From Haplodiscus bocki (Eukaryota), in contig OZ296659.1 of the NCBI GenBank assembly GCA_965655095.1, positions 30,566,001 through 30,630,000 on the forward strand: a stretch of DNA of 64,000 nt. Direction: 5' to 3'. This document shows positions 60,220-64,000 of the stretch, piece by piece. How positions within the stretch are numbered: the first letter of the stretch is position 1; every line of letters starts with the position of its first letter. Position numbers and translations under genes: made by a program. The notes beneath the pieces were generated by a model. It searched no databases. It had not been told where the DNA came from and was given only the letters and a program-made list of their open reading frames with translations.

Positions 60220-63200
60220 TTAATGTAAAAGTTCTAATGTAAATTTCTAATTGGACCGCTCACCCCTTTTGGACTTTTTTGACATTTTTCTCCAAAAAAC
60301 TGACTCAACAAACGGCCGAGTTGCACCTTTCATTACCTTATCTAGTAAACCGTTTATCTTGCTGACAAAAAAGACTTTTGTGCCAAAATTGAGAATGAAA
60401 ACGTGATCTAACTGTTTTGAAAGGGAAAATTTTCATTTGAGTAAAAATACTTGTCTTTTCTGCGACTCTAATCAGTTTGAAAAGTGAATAAATCAGTACA
60501 AGAGTTTCATTGGGATTGAATTACTTGAATTTCTAAGTGGTGAAACATACGAAGTCTTAATTTTCCTCGTGGAAAATCATCCAATGCAATTTAGTCGAAG
60601 CCTTGCACCTTCTTCCGAAAGAAATAGTTCAGCATGTGACAGTTTTTTGCACACGGGAAAAACCCAATGAAATTTAAAAAATCCGGGGTTTTTCATTCAA
60701 AAAGTGCAACTAACCAATAAAGTGTTTTTTGGCCTAGCATCGTTTTCCCAACAAAGTAAAACTCGATTTACGCAAATCAAAAGTTTCATTAGAACTTTCG
60801 GAAATTATCAACAACACACGAGGTTTCTCATATTACGCTTATAAAGAAAAATGCGTGGGTCTTTTTGATTTTGGTTCCTCAGAATGTTGTTGAGTCATAA
60901 TGACTTCCCGGAACATGCGTTTTATCGTCATCGGTTAGTGCTGTCGGAAATTATTAACAAAAAATGCATTAATTGCTTTCTCACTTATTTCAGTTAGTAC
61001 AAGTAAATAAGCTGTGAGAAAAACCGTCGTTTTCCACATAACTAACGAATTTCACTTGTTAAAGCTTTTGAAATTGCTGGAATCAAAGCAAAATTCACTT
61101 GTTTGTTTCATAATCACGAAACACCTTTATTTGTGCTCAGAAATATTGTTTTCTGAAATGTTTTTCCTGTTTCTTTGGTAAATTTGAAGTTCTGCAAACC
61201 ATAGGAAATCTTTCTTAAAGACAGAAATTTGTTTTGATCGGTGATCAGCCTATAATTTGGGATAGGTTTGTTCGAATCCAAAACTGTTGTTTGAAGTTGA
61301 GCCAAAGTTGTACATAAAGATACTTTTGCTGAGATTGAGACCTTTTCTTACTTGATTCGAGTGGGTCTGGCTTGGGAAAATTCAAGAGATGAGTTCGGTT
61401 AATCATTTTTTTCACATAAGCCTTCCAACGTTTCGAAACCTACAATAAGTTAACCGAACTGGAACAACATCATAATTTTTAATTTCAAGATAACAATACA
61501 AATGCCTTGTGAGCGGGACTAAAATTGTGTGACCACAATGAGAAGTAATTGTATTTCTACATATTTCAAATGAGATTCTTTCAGTTTCTAATTCGAAACT
61601 GGCTAGTGCCTTCAAGAATAATGAAGTCGCAGAGATAAGAGATAATCAGCCATCTGAAGTTCAGTTAACTCAAAACCATTTTCTCTCATTGCTAGTTTCA
61701 AAATCATCACAACATGTTGCAGGAGAAAATACGATGTGAATTTTCTGAGGGTTTTTTTACATTACTTCAGAAGGCCTTCTTTAACAAAAATATGGTATTG
61801 TAACGGAACTCAAACATTTACAGCGATGTAAAAAATTGAGTTTTTAAATTTCTGCCTTTTAAAAATAACAAATAAGGTGTGCTCAATCTATCAGACACAA
61901 TAGGGCATAAAAGCTTTTGAACCTGGTTAGTTTTTCATTCATTTTCTGCCAATAGTCGGGGGAAATTATTCTAAGTAAGTTTTCGATACCTTTTTCTCAA
62001 CAAAGCAAATGGTTTTTTCAACTAAACAGATTTCAAAGGTTATCTCCAAACTTTTTGTAAGATTATTATTCCAAATTCAATGAAAAATGTATGAGAAGCA
62101 AAGGTATGAAGCCACCCGATAATTTCTCAAACTGAAGATTCAATCAATTGAGGAGAGAACTTTAGTTTCTTAGGCTGAACTTCATCGACAAGTCCCCTTC
62201 AGGCAAACAATAGACAACATGCATTATCTTAGCATCTGATAAACTATCATCGCACTCTTTAGGTATCCGGCACCATCCAGTTTGTCGAAAACCTCTCTTT
62301 TGGCTTTGGGCTGCAACAAATTCTTGTAGTTGATCGTCCAATTCATACGGGTCAATAGTGAAAACATCCATATCCTAATTTCTCATTACTGCGCCGAATC
62401 GACCGCTGAACGATACCAGTAAGAATTTCTACCATCTCAGACTTCAGCTCATCACACAATAATTTAGATTGGAAAGTTAATCCCCCATTTGATGCACATG
62501 AACAGCCACACGGTTGTTGTTTACCTCCAATGTTGTCACAAATTTGCCCGAACAGACATTTTTCAGATACCATCCTTTTCGCATTACCAAATTCTTCCTG
62601 ACAAACGAAAACCACGAAAAATCTTCATTATGCGTTATAACTTGTGCAAGGAAGTCATAACTCTGGAGTTTAATTCAGAAGTGGAACTTAAGGTTGGTTA
62701 GCTTGCAGCAGCGCTGTTTTGCTTCCACTGATGAATCCTCTAAAGCGAGGATTCAAAATTGAAATTTAAGTTCCAGGTATTGAAGACGGAAAGTACTGGA
62801 AGTGTTTTACTTTCATCAAAGGTGCCTGTAAACACGTTAGCAGTTTTGGTTCTTGCCGTCAGTCCGAGAGTTATGAAACAACCGTAATGACTTGTTTTCA
62901 GTTGTCGCTTGTTGGATGTTTTAACATTAGTAAAGTAGCGGACTACATCTCGATACTTTTCCGCACCAGTGAACAACAATATCATTTATGAATTGCTGAT
63001 TTTGCCTTTAAACTAATGCATTCGAAATTGGAGAAAAATCCAAACGAACTTCTGCAATAGAGAAATACGGCGTGGAAGCATACTCTTTCCAATGTTACTT
63101 CTGGTATTTCGTTCCAGTCCCTTATAGATTATCTTCTCATTGATCTGCTCGGAACCTCCCGCAAGTTAAGAGTCCCTTTAATTTTTGGCTTTTGCGAAAC

Positions 63201-64000
63201 TTACAGAACTTCTGGAAAGCTAAAAACATTTTAGTACTGGCTAATCCATTCACAGCCTCTTTGTTAACATATAAACTTTGTCCGTATTGATATTTTCTTG
63301 ATCATTATTTAACAAGAAAGAAAGGTGAAGAAATTCAGTTTTTGTTTCCACAACTCCGTTTTAGATTTAATAATTGGCCATTTGTGTTCGTAATTGAGGA
63401 GCCGAGGTATTTCAAACCGCACTTTCATCTCTTCCTTTTCGCCCGGAGGTGAATATTACAGAATAGTTCGGAACAAACCAAGGATTTTTCATCAGATGTG
63501 AATTTTGAGATCTTCACACCACTCATTCCAGCAGTAGAAAACAGCATTTTTTTATTCTCTCGAGATTTTTGGATAAGTTTCTTGCAACAAACTTTGAACT
63601 GGACCACAGCACATGATGTGTTTTTAATCCTCCAAAACGAAAACATTTCAAAGCAATAACTCGCTTGTTTAACAGAGTATCAGTTAAGTAAAGATTACAA
63701 GAAAGTCTCAGTGGCAATTTTCTGTTTCCTCTCGTTTTAGTCAAAAATTACCTGATTACCTCCTACAAGCGTCAAATTGTTTCGAATCTTTCAAGTGAGA
63801 TCGCTGAATCGAGAAGCGTTGTTTCTTTCAAGAAAATTATCTGTTTGTAAGCTGAGTTTTTATAGAAGTCAGTTCTAGAAAAACTTTGGTATTAGGCAAC
63901 TTGCTCTTGCCTAAAGATCGATTAGCATCAGTTCGAGTTTGAAGTTCAGTAACCTCCTGGTGTGTGGCCCTGACCACCTAGACGTGGACCGCTGAACAGT

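Overview
AT-rich, repeat-laden animal (invertebrate-like) nuclear DNA; the species cannot be fixed from sequence alone. 1-13 kb is a complex satellite (~0.85-1.05 kb monomers, ~2.92 kb higher-order repeat). It is followed by a CR1-type fossil and a near full-length, mutated APE-RT LINE (14.9-19.4 kb). That LINE appears to have three ORFs (SGNH-esterase-like ORF0, PHD-finger ORF1, APE-RT ORF2), with ORF2 joined in-frame to ORF1 through a UGA-CUAG readthrough-type stop. Six conserved genes follow, all on the + strand: EXOSC5/RRP46 (2 exons), MEPCE/Bin3 (intronless), KHK (intronless), an RNF212/Zip3-like RING-coiled-coil gene (4 exons), PRMT7 (3 exons, ~8.1 kb GC-AG first intron) and USO1/p115 (first exon not located). 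MEPCE-KHK-RNF212L-PRMT7 are only 287-353 nt apart, each with an unpaired splice acceptor before the ATG, while the large introns are multi-kb and full of TEs: a candidate trans-spliced operon. A microhomology-bounded tandem duplication plus deletion (29.3-30.9 kb) created a MEPCE 3' fragment and a truncated KHK. Introns hold a CRE-clade RLE retroelement fossil, a Mutator/foldback-like MITE, tRNA-derived SINE heads, an LTR-like segment with a gag remnant and a ~170 bp decayed tandem repeat. All gene and family calls rest on motif recognition and manual splice-phase checks, not database searches.
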